Translations under genes and position numbers: made by a program | Assembly (NCBI GenBank): GCA_964304625.1 | Contig: OZ199838.1 | Span: 5,934,443-5,998,442 of the forward strand | Length of the DNA stretch: 64,000 nucleotides | Source of the DNA: Kudoa neothunni | Lineage: Eukaryota > Animalia > Cnidaria | Direction of reading: 5' to 3' | Notes under the pieces: generated by a model | Seen by the model: only the letters and a program-made list of their open reading frames with translations | Told to the model about the DNA's origin: nothing | Databases searched by the model: none | In this document: positions 39,737 through 53,799 of the stretch, piece after piece | How positions within the stretch are numbered: the stretch's first letter is position 1 | Layout of the letters: each line of letters opens with the position of its first letter

Positions 39737-41504
39737 TAGTAGGTTGTGTAAAAACTATTTCTATCATCTATTTATAAATGAGAATTTGAATTTCACTTCA
39801 CAACTTTTTTATGTTTATTTCTTTAAAAAATGATTATTTTCTTTTTCCTTTTGTTTTGATGGAATTTTTATCACTTAAGGTTTTATCATCGTAATAGGCG
39901 TTTCGCTTTATCGAATATCAATTTTATATATAATCAAATAAACGAAAACGTGAGAATATAATATACGCGTCAACTTCCCTTTTTATCGATTTTTCAGGTA
40001 CAGTCCTGTATATAAATAAAAAAACTCATAAAAACTAACTTGTAGTTCATTTGGATTTAATATATGTTTGCATTTACAAATAATGGTTATAAATATTAAT
40101 CGAAAATATTTGGTCACCAGTATCAGTAATAGATTATGTCTGAGCCATTAATTTGTGTGATTTGTAATAAACTTTCATTTAGTCTGTAATAAAGAAATTT
40201 TTATGTAAACCAAATTTACTATTTTTTAGCTCTTTTATTCCAAATTTTTAATATTAAAAGATTAATATACATCATTGACAAAAATATAACTTCAGTTAGT
40301 TTCGGTCATGTAGGTAGTCACTTGGGTTTTAAATAATCGAGCATCGAGATACTTCTTCCGTAAAATCGAGTCCGATTAAGTATCATATTGAGAAAATACG
40401 CTCTAAATTAGGTAATAGGGTAGGAATTCGCATCCAAAAACTTCCTTTTGGGCATCATTTTTCCGCCAATTTTTTCCTTATTCCTTATTATAAAATAAAA
40501 GAGTTCCCTGAGAACGGATTAAACTATTTATGATAAATTATAATTTTGACACCAAACCCCTAATACAACATCGTCAGCACGCGTGATATCTTTGTTAAAT
40601 TACCATAAACCAATTAAACCTCAGTTTATTTTCTACATATTAACTTCTAAATTAAATAGATGTCTTAAAAACATTTTTAGTAATATTTCTTTTCGAAGAT
40701 TACATGACCCAACCAACCATTTCAAAGTTTTTGACGTTTCTTTATAAGTTACCTTCTCTACCGTTTTTTCTGTTGACTATGAACTTATAAAAAGAATTTT
40801 ATAATTAATTAACACTTTTTTAGTTTATATATTTTCCTAATAAAGATATTTGAAATACAACAAAAGTTAAACTCATTCTATGATAAAAATATTATCAATT
40901 AATTTTTCAGTCGACTTTTTATAAGAAAGCGAATATCACCAAATAAATAAATGCAATAAAAAAAAGGTTTATATGTTATATAATTGAACTAATACAATGT
41001 ATTTTACCATATTTTTAATTTACACAGTATAAAACGTTCTCTTTTTTTCAAAATATTTGTTTTTGTTAAGGCAAGAGACCATCATCAAAATATGACATTT
41101 ATAATAAGGTAAGCTAGTTCGTCCTTATACAGTCGGCTAATATTATACGGGGGTTTTCACATATAGCAGTATCTCAGACTGTAACCAAGCTCTTCAACAT
41201 TAAGTAGTAATCCTGTTTATGAGTCAAGTGTATGTTTATAAAATGGCGGATCCTTCATACAGCGCGTCAGCTGCAGCCGTTACACAGATTGATCGTAAAT
41301 ATCTCATCGGTACGTTATGAATTATTTTAGAAACCACACACTATCTTCCAACCCCAAAGAATATACTGATCTACAGTCGAACCCCGTTTATCCGAAACAA
41401 CTTGTTGATGAAATTTTAGGATAAACGTGCCTTGAAATCTGGATTGGTGCCTGGCTAAAATGACGCCTAAATTTATTCTTATGATATATGTTAGTTACTT
41501 AGCC

Positions 41505-44500
41505 AAATTGGTGGTAATAAAGGAGCAAATGGCTCCAAAAATTAGCCATGTTTCGCATGTTTTACACGCCCGATTTTAACTTAATTCGACTTAATTCATT
41601 TTTTAAATAATGAGTGATACGCAATCCATGTCAAAAAAGTTAAATTAAAGAATCACAATTTTCATGAGTCGGGAGTCGTCGGCGATGCTAGCATACCTAC
41701 TGCGCATAATTGTTTTTTCTCATGTGACTGTGTATTTGTATTATATTTAATGGAATTTTTCTTATTTTCTTCCACATTTCTATTTATTTGATTTGTTAAG
41801 TCAACCCATTAAAATTCGTGTTTTTCACATTGATTAACATTATAACGCAGTGTTCCTAACTTTTTTTATACCGAGCCCTACTTTTTCTTGGAAATAAGTT
41901 CCGTGCTCTACCATTTTCAAATTTACTGATTTTTTTTAAACTGCTTATAATTTTGGATCAAGCTGATGTCATAATAAAATTTTAAAGTGATCAATATATA
42001 TTTCTCTTCTCGTTAGAACTAAAGTGTATTCGATCGGATCTAATTTAATTTATGGATTAACTTTAAAATTTAATATCTTTACTTCTTCATTCCGTCAAAA
42101 TGCAACGATAATGAACTTTTGGAGGATATCCTTTTCTATATTTCAGCCTTTTATCGCATAGCCGATTAAAATAATTCAAAAAATTTACTATTTTTAAGAG
42201 TACTCTTTTATGTGCATTTTTTTCTTGTTCACTAATTGATTTTATACTGAACCACAAAGGTGGCAACAGTAATATAATAAATATATGTAATACTAATGCC
42301 AGTCATTAGTGATAATGGTATTAATTCCTAGCCAGCCAGCCAGCAAATTATCTATTTTGTTTATCTCAGAACAATTAACATATTCTAAAGTGATATGTTA
42401 ATAGATTTCTTGTTAGGTGAATATATTCATAAATGTATATAGATTCAATCGTATTTTTTTCCTTATAAATTTAGTTTATAAAATAGTAATGCACCCAAAA
42501 AGAGAATATACGTATTTAATTTGCTTAAAACCGTTCAAATGAACCACAGTGACTTATGGGTCGTGCGTCGGTAGCTAATAAAAAGAAATTCCTAACTCTT
42601 TCGAAAAAAGTAGAAATTATCAAACAGTACGAAAAGATATCGAATAAACCAAACGCCAAATTGGAAACAATGAAGGCCTTCGACGTAAGAGCAAGATCTA
42701 CCTTGAATACTATCCTAAACAATAAAGACAAGTTGCTTAAGCACTATAACGACAGTTCTGTTTCCAAACTAAGAAAAACTCTTAAGAAAGGAGAACATAT
42801 AGATATCGATCATCGAGTGAAAAATATAGAACTTTCTCAAGAAGTTATCATCAATAAAGCCAATGAATTCCTCGATGATGCCTCAAAGGAAACACCTTTT
42901 TCTACTGACTGGTTTTATGGCTTTATAAAAAGATTTAATATCTCTCGTAATACATTTTTCGGTGAATCTAAAAATGTAAACAATATTGTCATCGAGGAAT
43001 GGAAAACCAATTTGAGCGAAATCTTTAAGAGCTGGGAGCCTAAGACTATTTTTTTAATACAGACGAAACAGGCTTGTATTATCAGCAACGAAAAAGTTAT
43101 TAATATTTTTATGTTATATATCTTGCGTAGGTAGAGGATATGTATTCACTAATGGGGTAAATAAAAATGGGTGTAAACAATCAAAAAAAGAATAACTGCT
43201 TTATTTAACTACGCTATGCTTGAAGAAAAATTAGACCCATTAATAATTGGTAAGTTTTAAAAGCCCCGTTGTTTTGGATCAATCAAAAAGCTGCCATTGG
43301 ATTATGAAGCAAACACTAACGCTTGGATGACAGAGACAATATTTTTCCAATTCCTCATTAGGTGGAACAAGAAATTAATCATGTCAACAAGAAAAATTTT
43401 GCTTTTTCTTGACAACTGCCCCTCACACCCTAATTTGAACCTTTCCAATATTACATTATGTTTCTTCCCACCTAATGCTACTAGCGTTTGGCAACCTCTT
43501 GATCAAGAGATAATCAACAGTGTTAAAGTAATTTATAAGAAACATTTAATGGAGTCTCTTATACAGAGCGTGGAAGCTGGATCGACAAAATGCGAATTAC
43601 CCAACATTTTGGAAGCGATGTTTCTGTTGAAGAATTCATGAGATCATGTAAAACCGAGACAATTGTAAATTGTTTTAGGAAGTCATTTTTCCCCATGCCA
43701 AGAAGAATTAGAAACTCTCACAGCAAATGAAAATCCACCCATCTAATTAAAAGAAATGATGGAGGATGTCAATATAATCACTAGAAATCCAGAAGTTTGT
43801 GCTACTGATGAAGTGGATAACGATAATATTAATATTCTTTCACATCATGATAGGATAGAAGCAGAGTCTGATAATGATTCTATTGAAGCCGTTCTCGTTT
43901 CTGATAAGGAGATATTTTAAAACCAAAAGCCCACAAATGTTAAAGCAAATAACAAAATTAGATGTCAAGTTCCTGAAAATTCGACGATCTAATTTTAGGA
44001 ACAGCTGCATTACAAATTACTTTGAAAGTAACGGTAGTTGAGTACGCTTGTTAACGAAAATATTACGTATTATTTTTAATTTTGGTTTTTTCGCATGCGC
44101 AAAGTTATGTGTAGTGCGTAATTATGGCTCGTGCTTAATGACCTTGAATTCCCTTTTGATTACACACGACCCATAAGTCACTGTAATTTTTTTTCGATCT
44201 AGTTTAATTTTCTGATAAAAAATATTAAATTAAGTTAAAACATATTATATTTTACATTTTTCCAAATTTATAATAATAAAATTAAAAAAAAAGCATTGGA
44301 TTTACTATAAAATCGCATTTGAAATAAATTGTACCTTTGAATTTTATAAATTCAAACGAAAGTTGATAAATTACAGTCATAACATAATATTTCATTCACC
44401 AATTTTAAATTAAATTTATTAACTTTACACTCTGAATCAAGAATCGGGTTTAATCTTAAAATTATTTAAGCTTCGTCTTTTGTCATAAAAGATTCGTTTA

Positions 44501-45452
44501 GATCCGTTTATATATAAAATCTCTGATTAATATTATTTAATTTATTGTTAAATAAATTTATTCCCGTTAATTATTGATGATTAATCTCATATTTAATCAT
44601 TAAAACTATCTTTGACAATTTTTGTACAGTCCCCAACGCCTACATCGTTTCATTTATACCTTTTGATTTTAATTAGGAATTCAATTCTATAATTCAAAAA
44701 AATTTAACGTATTTTTATTAACTATGCTCTTTTATATAATTCTTTTAATTCATAACTTCAAATCATATGAAGTTGCATTTAAGTTATTATTGATTAGGGG
44801 ATTCCAAAGTGAGTGATCTATAACAACGGTAATTTCGATGATTAAAAACGACACAAGCAAATATATTCTTTTGTTAAATTTATATACCTGAACACGTAAA
44901 ATTGAGCATTCTAGAAAGACTTAAACGTTGAGAAACGATATTTCTTCCTTAAAAAAACATATATATATATATACTACGAAATTTAGAGTTGATTCCATAA
45001 TCATAATTTCATATAAGTTGTTTCAACGAAATTACTATTAATGTGAAAGTTACAAATTTGTCCGACATTTTATCTTGATATTCTCAATTAAATAAAAATG
45101 AATGTTCGTACTGCTATGATAAAATAATGTTTCACGAAAACTAATATGTTAGAACCAGAATTAAGTTAGTAACCGATGTTTATGAAAGCATCGAATCGAA
45201 CGCTGGTTGCAAAATCAGGATTAATTCCTTTCAAGACGGTTGCGCTGAACGCAATAATAAGATTTATTAGCGTGCCGACAACCCTCGACTCATGACAATT
45301 TTGATTCTTTAAGTTAATTTTTTTGACATAGATTGCTTATCACTCAATATTTAAAAAATGTATTAAGTCGAATTAAATTAAAATCGGGCGTGTAGAGCAT
45401 GCGCAGCATGGCCAATTTGGGGAGCCATCTGCTCCTTGATTACCGCCAATTT
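41505..45452. repeat. ~185-bp inverted repeat pair (41505-41690 / 45268-45452), probable long-TIR element
   Basis: AAATTGGTGGTAATAAAGGAGCAAATGGCTCC...ACACGCCCGATTTTAA...CATGAGTCG is matched in reverse complement. Confidence 0.75.
42547..44183 (+). mobile_element. pogo/Tigger element with CENP-B-type HTH + DDE transposase pseudogene (42556-~43900)
   Basis: TIR CAGTGACTTATGGGTCGTG(C/T)GT at both ends; FLTLSKKVEII, FSTDWFYGFIKRF, DETGLYY, NAWMT, LLFLDNCPSH, FFPPNATSVWQPLDQEII. Confidence 0.88.
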
Positions 45453-45587
45453 AAGTTTATATTTGAATAATAAAAACAACGTAACGTATATAATATTTTA
45501 TGTTCAAAATACAAACATATTGATAATGAACAGATAATGTTGAATAAAGACAAATTCCCTCATATTTTTCCCCGAGTAATCATCATA

Positions 45588-46196
45588 TCTATCTATCTAT
45601 CTATCCTTCCTAATATACAAAGTAGTAGTGTCCGTGTGTGTTCACTAATCTTCTCCTCATACAGAGACTTTCTTTAATATTTGAGTTTCATAGTATACTT
45701 TAAAAAATCCAAAACTAACTACAAAAATACAACGGGGTTGTTTGCTTTATTATAAAGTGGTGAATTTGTAATGTAAACTTTTTGTAAACAGATTAGCTCT
45801 GACAATAATAAGATTACTTTATCATGCGATTCGCTAAAATGTTCAAGAATATGTGTATATAACTTTACTCTTTTTACATTTTAAACTAAGTTAACATGTT
45901 CTACAACGTTCGTTGATGCGTAGGCCGGACTCGGTGTAAACGAAGATTTGTTGTTTGAACGGGAGATTAATAAACCACACGAGTTGCAAGAACTTCTGAT
46001 TCCTAAGTGAAAATAGTCTAATAAAGAAGGAAGTGAAGATGATCGATTATTAGTGTCAGTTTACTCAACTTTATCTTCAAAAGAACGATAAAATAATTAT
46101 AATTGACTCTTAACATAAAATGACCTTGGCCTATTCCAGGCCAAAGTCAGCGTGGTCGGGCAAGAAAGCCCAAGCGAAGCGGGGTTTTTGCGCTAG
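45588..46196 (+). mobile_element. Non-autonomous Helitron
   Basis: A|TCTATCTATC...TAATATACAAAG..GTGTCCGTGTGTG start; hairpin CCCAAGCGAAGCGGGG then GCGCTAG|T end. Confidence 0.75.
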
Positions 46197-46199
46197 TTT

Positions 46200-46764
46200 A
46201 AATATATTTTTGTCGAACAAAAAAATGCGACGTCAATTAATGAAAGAGATGGCCCATGTCCTTTACCGACTATTCCTTGCTAAGAATACACTTGGCAAGA
46301 AAATTATCAAAAGGAGTCATTCATCTCTCTCCGCTAAACCAGTCATTGCAGATTCTAATTTGAAAAAGAGTCGATGCGAATTTCGTCCTCGAGGGACTGA
46401 TAAAAAACTAACATCCGCTGTTAGCTGTGGTAGCTTTTTCTGTCGAGACCATTCATCAAAAAAATGTAATTTTTGTTGAAAATAATAATAGTTTTATACA
46501 AAAATATAATGTGTATTGTTTTTATTATTTTGTGTTATTAGACTTGTTTCATGTTATTGCCGAATGTTTACGAAACGCTGTTTAAGGCAGCCGAGCCAGA
46601 TTAGATAAGATTAATGGTTTTATGAAATGTAGTTTCTCTGAAAATTCATTATAATTTTTTATCGCTTAATAATGTTTTTTTGGTTATGTTTGTGCAGTAA
46701 AAACTTGGGATCCAAAAGACCCCATGTTCGTTGGAGGGTAGTCATTTTTACATAACTTAGAGGG
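46200..46764 (+). mobile_element. piggyBac 3' remnant (Cys-rich domain and right end)
   Basis: RRQLMKEMA...KSRCEFRPRGTDKK...CGSFFCRDHS..C..C; subterminal GGGATCCAAAAGACCCC; end GAGGG|TTAA. Confidence 0.75.
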
Positions 46765-48950
46765 TTAAAAATGATTATCCAAAATTTTCCATATCGTTAC
46801 TAGCTCAAAAAGTAATGCTAGAGAGGCAGTTACCTCTATATGTTGACGACTTTTGTTACCTTTAGGCTTTCTTTTTTTTATATAGAGTCGAAAACAATAC
46901 AAACCTTATTTTGTAGTAAATTAAAGCTTCAATAAAATATTTTAGAATTTTATATTGGGAATTTCGTATTTTTCGCTATTCCCTCATTTTTATTTTGCAG
47001 GAAAAAAGATGTTCATAACGATTAATATGACTTTGTAATGAGTTATATAAGTCAACTTTCAATCCAGGAGAGGATTCCATCGTACAAATGACGCTATAAT
47101 GAAAACTTTGATTCCCACACAGGTTACTGTAAACAAGAATACAAAACGTGTTTCTTTCAATTGTGAACAATAATTTCAGATAACGCGTTACAGTTAAATT
47201 TAATTTTTTTAATTTTTATGTTATTAAAACTAATAAATTATCTATGTTTGTAGCAATAACACTTAAGAAGATAGAATTATGCTCATCGCTATTTAAATGC
47301 GCACAATAAGCTTTTATATTGATTTTAACTATAAAATTAAACGTTACTTCAAATATATTTACTGAATTCACTACATAGAATGCTCTAATCATTTTTTATG
47401 AATAGCGGTAATATTTAATATTATTTGTAGATATGTAGTAATAGAGATATAAATATAATCTATAAATCAAATATATATATATATATATAACAAATACAAT
47501 TATTTCATTTTATAAAAACATAGTTAAGCATATTTTAACAGATTACATTAGCTGAGCTAGATTAAACATATTAGGTGCAATCAGAGGTAATAGGTTGGAC
47601 GTTTTATACATAAAACACAACGTCTGGTATTTTCTTTTTTAATTAAAAAACTTTTATTAGTAAAAAATTAAAATATGCATTTAAAATTACTCATAGAAAA
47701 CATAAAACACGAAATTTATAGTCACAATATTACAAATTTCAATAGCTCAAATTTTCTCAAAAACAGTTAAATATGTTAGGCCAAAAATCATTAATTATAG
47801 ATGTGAATTTCAAATTTTAACTGGATTCTTAGATTTAGAGTTATTTCCTCCCGTAGCAATAGCCAGCGCCTTATCCAAAAGGAAAATGCCAGGTCCCAAC
47901 ACATTCGGATAAACGGGGTTCGAATATATATACTTCACTAGGTTAATTGAGATTTTAGGATTAGTGCATTTTTAGTGGTTTTGAGAGATCATTTAACGCC
48001 GAATATTCCCCATATTAAGTGAAGTTCAATAATTCGCCATAGTTATCTTTATAACAAATATAGATGTGAACTATTTCCGGTAATCCTCCATAAATTTCGG
48101 TTGATCTCCCAGTCTTGAAATTTAAAATAATTTTTTGAAATTTTGGAGCTTACTATATCGAGTAGTCTCGATATTCGAACTTTTAAACCCTTTGTTAATA
48201 TAATTAACTCTAATGTAAAATTTTTAATACAAGAAAGTTTTACATTAAAATATATTCAAAGTATTGAGTTTCAATTATTGATTATGGGAGAGTCGCAATT
48301 AAAATTGATTTTTTGTAAAAATCATTCAATCGCAATCCCTAGGAACATCTCAGTCGGGGCGGATTCTAGACCAGTTTGAATTAATGGGAGTTGGACCCTA
48401 GATTATGCGTTTGACTTTGTAATACTTTTAACCATTCATGGGCTCCCATAATACCCCATAAAATAACCATCATATATTCTAGGCACGTGGTGTGCTTGCT
48501 TTCAAGTGCCGATGGAGAGAAATTTAAACTCAATTACAATAATGAGAATATAAACCATATCGGAGGACTGACATCACATCAATATCTGCTCTCCAATTTC
48601 TTCATTTATGCCACACGAGATCCCCCATACCTTAATTTTTGTAGGCACAAAAAATATAACTATGAAAAATATTATCAATCTTTTTCTAATAAAATAATTC
48701 GATGTTTTGAATTTATTGGGGTAATGAAATTAAATAAAGACAACAAATTATCATATATCGCCACAATAGGATAAGACCATAAGCAATTTATTTTCCCAGT
48801 ATTTTTAAAGAGTAAACTGAGTGGTTCCACAAAGCAAACAGACTACTTGAGATATGAGAAAAAAAGGCATATCTGAAACAAATGCAACACAAACCTGAAA
48901 CTAAATATAAACAACAATAAAAAATTTTAAGCAAAACTAAAATAATTCAG

Positions 48951-51385
48951 TTATTTCTCAGGGTTGTGACCGATGGGTGGAGTGTCGGAAGGATGGGATT
49001 GTTGAACGTTGATATCTTCCAATTTAAAAACATCACTATCGTCGAGATTGAAATTGGTATCGTATCTCTCATTACTATTGCTGTGACTGGCAGTGAAAAC
49101 AGTATCCTTATCATCATCGTCGTTTCCACCAACAACTCCAGTAGTTTTAGGATTGTTCTCATCACATTTATTGAGGACATTAGTTGTGACGGTAGAATAG
49201 GAGGATGGTTTTGATGTTGATGTAATGGATTCGTGTTTGAATGGAATAGGTGAGATATTGCCAAGTAAGTCCACCAACGACTCGTTGAATGTGGATGTGG
49301 TTGTTGTGTTGGATAGAGGGAATAAAGAATCATTATTAAAGAATTTATTTTCCCTTTCACTGATTAGATTTGGGCTGAAGTTGTTGGTACCGAGATTGTT
49401 GGAATAATCATCAGATAGGAACTGCTGTTGCTGTTGTTGTTGGGTGGCTGCAGTAGAAAAATTGTTTGGAGATATGACAGTACTATTGAGGGTTTCATGG
49501 ACAGTATTGGTACGAGGATCATCGTTATCTGAATTAGATTTGAGTGGGGGAGAGACTAGTTTAGGGTAGTTGTTTCCGTAAGCATTGTTGTTGTCATCAT
49601 TGTAATTTCTGTGATCAACGTTTTCTATATTCAATGGTTCATCATCATTAAGAAACCGAATGCATTTTTTCTTTCTCCTACATGGTTTACACCATTTGTC
49701 TTGGTTATCAAGACCGAATCGTGCTCTACATTTTTTCATCAATGGCTCTAAAAAATAAAGAAATCATCATTAAGATCAACCATGCAACGCTAAACACACC
49801 ATCATGAAGTGCCTTGTCACGTTTACGACGTTTTTTCTTTGATATAATGTATTGATCACAAGTGGTATAGTTGGGATAGAGTTGTCTATGGATTTCACGT
49901 TCACTTCGTGCCATTTCAAAGTATTTGGATTGTTTTTCCTTCGATAAACTTTGCCACATTTTGCCAATTAGTTTATTGATAGCAATACTGTCTTTGGTGT
50001 TGGTCTCTTTGATAAGTTGAGGTCGCACATCTTTCATGTACAACATGAAAGCATTTAGAGGTTTTTTCACATGATGAGTCATGTTTGTGGGTAGGTAATG
50101 ACCAGAATGTGTTGGCATATGTTGGCGTTGTTGGGAATGGTAATATAAACGATTAGCTTGCGTTTGTTTGCTGTTGTGAGCCATGTTGGCACTGTTCCCA
50201 GGGTTGTAATGTGAGTTCACGTTGGCATCGCAATTTTTAGCGTACGGATAATAGTTATTGGAATTAAACATGTATATATTTTGTTGCTGTGACTGTAAAT
50301 ACATTTTCATGCTAGTAATTGTATTGGAAATTAAACTTAATAAATATGCACGAGAAAAATGGCCTACTCTGTGGATACGGGATCTAATGGGCCAAGATTC
50401 GCGACGTTGTTAGCACTAGGCGGGGGTAACGTGTGCATGAGGTTGGTTGGTAGGTGCTGCTCCTGAAACATCAAACTATTGAAATTATTCATAGAAGGTA
50501 TTCCTCCGCCATTAATCAAAACTAAATCAAAATTATCTCCCAATAAAATTCTATCTACACCTGAAATAAATCACCATTGTTCATGTAATGTGAACAGTTG
50601 TCCATAGGAAAAGATTGTGGCCTAATAAAAAAATAATCTTGTTAAAAATTGCCACAACAATCTCAAAATCTACCCATTGTTATTAAGAGCAGCCACTCCG
50701 GGGTTGTTATTAGTTTGAAACTCGACTGACGGCTGGTTGTTAGGGTCGACCAGGAATTGGACCCCAGGAGCAACCGCTGTGTGATTCATAATCGATGGTT
50801 CTAGAGAACAAAATGACTCCAACACGTACAACCAACAGAAATAATACGATTTGGATGAACAGCAACTGTGGTAGCAGTACCCGGAATGGAGACTTCCGGA
50901 AATGGAATATCGACTTCTCCTTCAAATGTTAATTTTAATTCACTTTTTAAGTCTTCCATCAATTCGAAAATGTCATTTTCATCTTCTTCATTGTTGATTG
51001 CATCTTGTGTGATGGAGTCTTTTCCGTTTGATTGATCGCCGTTGAGATGGGATTTTGCGGTGGGGACTGTATCCGTAGTAGGGTTAGCGCTGGCCGCCAG
51101 AGCATTTGGATGATTAATATTGTGTTGTTGATGAAAGTCGGGCGCTTCTTGTTTGACCAAATTTTTGGAGATCATTTGATAATCGTCGATGTTTTTCAGT
51201 TGGACGGGGATGGATAAGGGGATATTGTTAGACATTCCGATTGAGTTTGAAACGGAGTTATTTGAGATGTGAGGTTTGTTGAGAAAATTATCCACTAGGC
51301 TGTCTGTTTGGTTTGATGGATTTGGAACAGCGCCACTGCTTGTCGGCAAATACATTTGATGTTGATGGTTAGCAGCGGGACTCAT
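48951..51385 (-). CDS. TCF: TCF/LEF (pangolin) transcription factor with HMG box, basic tail and C-clamp
   Basis: [23 protein letters not shown]...[24 protein letters not shown], then after a short intron [27 protein letters not shown]. At least 6 exons, ATG 51385; boundaries of the middle exons approximate. Confidence 0.93.
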
Positions 51386-53799
51386 AAAACTAAACCAACC
51401 ACACTTAAATTCCACACACGCACAGGCGATCAAACAAATAGTTATACAACAGGAAAAAATTGTCAACAACTTTATCACAAAACTATACAAATTGATCACC
51501 GCCTTAAATGACACCCAATCTGATAAGCGGGAAATAATCGTTGTTACCACGTATCAATCCCCAATATACATCGTATTAAAGTTTGGATCCTACTATTGTC
51601 TGCTGATCGGTAACAATATTAAAAAAAATTGAACATTGTACTTGGAACTGATTTCACCCACAATATCTATTCATTGCTAGCTCGAATAGATCAATATTGG
51701 TGGATGGTGATAACAATAAAAGCTGCCCTCAAACATCAACAATTTTATTCCATTGCAACCCCATCTAATCTACGTTCCTCCTAGTAGTTGTGGCGGATAA
51801 TTGTAAAAATTTAAAAACTAAATTATAAGTTTTTGTTCAATGAAACCGCATCGATACCAATCAATTTCCCTAAAGAATATACCTTCTAATCCAGATGTTA
51901 TCAATCAAGTGTTCGGTTTCCTCTTCAAATCTTACACATAAAAAATATTATGAATATTGATCCTTTAAAAAATCCCTTAAGTATACTTAGATCTTAGTTG
52001 GAGATTATTGCCAACAATTGTCCACTGCGGAACTGTGTTTGTTTAGACCTGCCGAGTTGTGTATTTTTTGATGAAAATCAAAAATAATAATAGAAACTAA
52101 CAAATATACGAACACCCGTGGATTTATTTTCGATTAAGTACCTACGTAAAATGTATTTAAAGCTTAAACCTTAAGATTAATGATCTAATCTTGCACATGT
52201 AGTTGGAGATCTTTTAATCACCACAAACAACTAAATTCACACCATTTTTTATGGTCGCATTTGTGTTAGTAGATTTTCAGTTTGATCACATCCACCGCAT
52301 CATAATTTTAACAAAAATTTTATATTTATATCAATTATTATTTTAATTAGGACCGTTTAAATATATTATTTAATCCGATAAACCATTAAACTAATATCCA
52401 ATAGGAATAGTTAATTCTACCGACTTAACCATCACATTGATGGCATTAAGTTTTGAATCTATTGTCAGGAAAAGCTAATCTCATGGTGCTAGATAACAAA
52501 GTTTGCCAGAGGTTGGCGGTTTATATCCATTGCTCGACGCTGGTAAAGTGTCAATAGATTGGCGCCAACTTTTTTACCTTTGTATAATTTTATCGCCAAA
52601 TTACTCGAATAGATACCTTTCCTTCCAACAGTATCTTGGGTACACAATAATTTTATTGTTATTTTGGTAGATAACCGGTGTGTAAATTAATTATTTGTGA
52701 TGTTGAGCAGCGAATAAGCGGATATTTCAACATATTAACCCTATTAAAACCTATACGGATTGTGATGTTGGTCACGTTTGAAAGTTGCTTTTTTGGAATA
52801 TGTATGAGACACATAAAAGTTGGATTATTCATCGGATTGGTTTAAATCGGGAATTTGGACTCAAAAAAGATAACACTTTTTATTGTCAAAAATTTGTCAC
52901 ATTTTTATAAAAATTCTGTTGAGAAATTTTTTAAATAAATCTTTCTCTTATCCAACTTTGACAAATTAGCGGGAAGATATTTAACTTGTCGAATGTTCTT
53001 AGTGAACCTTACGAACTGTACCGACATTTAATTAAATTATATGGTTGCTACGTATGAATCTATCCACTTAGTTCCTCTTTTTGTATATATATTCTCTCAA
53101 GTATGTTGGTTAATATATATGGCAATGTGTTGTCAAAACCAGTCTTGATTGGCTGCCCGATACAGCCAGCTTATTACATATTATAACACGTTTTTAGACC
53201 GAGTTGCCATTTGTTATGGTTTTAATTTCGCCACCAATCAAAACTATACGCACAATTAATAACATTGATTATTATAACGATATCACCTTATCGGTATTAT
53301 CATGATGTTAAGTCAAATTTTTTCGAGTAATGTCGACCAGAAACGACAACTAAGTGCTTACGTTGTATATTTAGCCAATAATGGATTTTGCGCATTTTTA
53401 GAAATCCTATTAATTGTTTAAAATCTACTATGGCTAAATTAAAAATATATTTATTAACAAGTTAATTTATATTTTTGAATTAGTTAACTTTTTTTATCCC
53501 CTTTAGTTTATTGTTTTCATATGATTGATATAAATGACTAATAAGGTTAAATTTAACAGTTGACAAATTGAATAGAAATATAAAACCGTCAAATATATCC
53601 ATGGTGTCGCCTCAAGAAATGCAAAGGCAGATATTACAGAGAACTTAAATTATCATAAATATCCATTTTTAATGAAATTTTAAAAATGAAGATAGAATCA
53701 GAGAAATATTTTAAGGATAATTTTTAGTAAAAATAGGGTAAGTTTGTAATCATGATACCAATATTTCCCTGGATAAATATGCCCACAATCAGATATGAT

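Larger units (their letters stand above)
41374..47926. mobile_element. Outer pogo/Tigger-type element carrying nested insertions
   Basis: TA|CAGTCGAACCCCGTTTATCCGAA and TTCGGATAAACGGGGTTCGAATA|TA. Confidence 0.65.
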
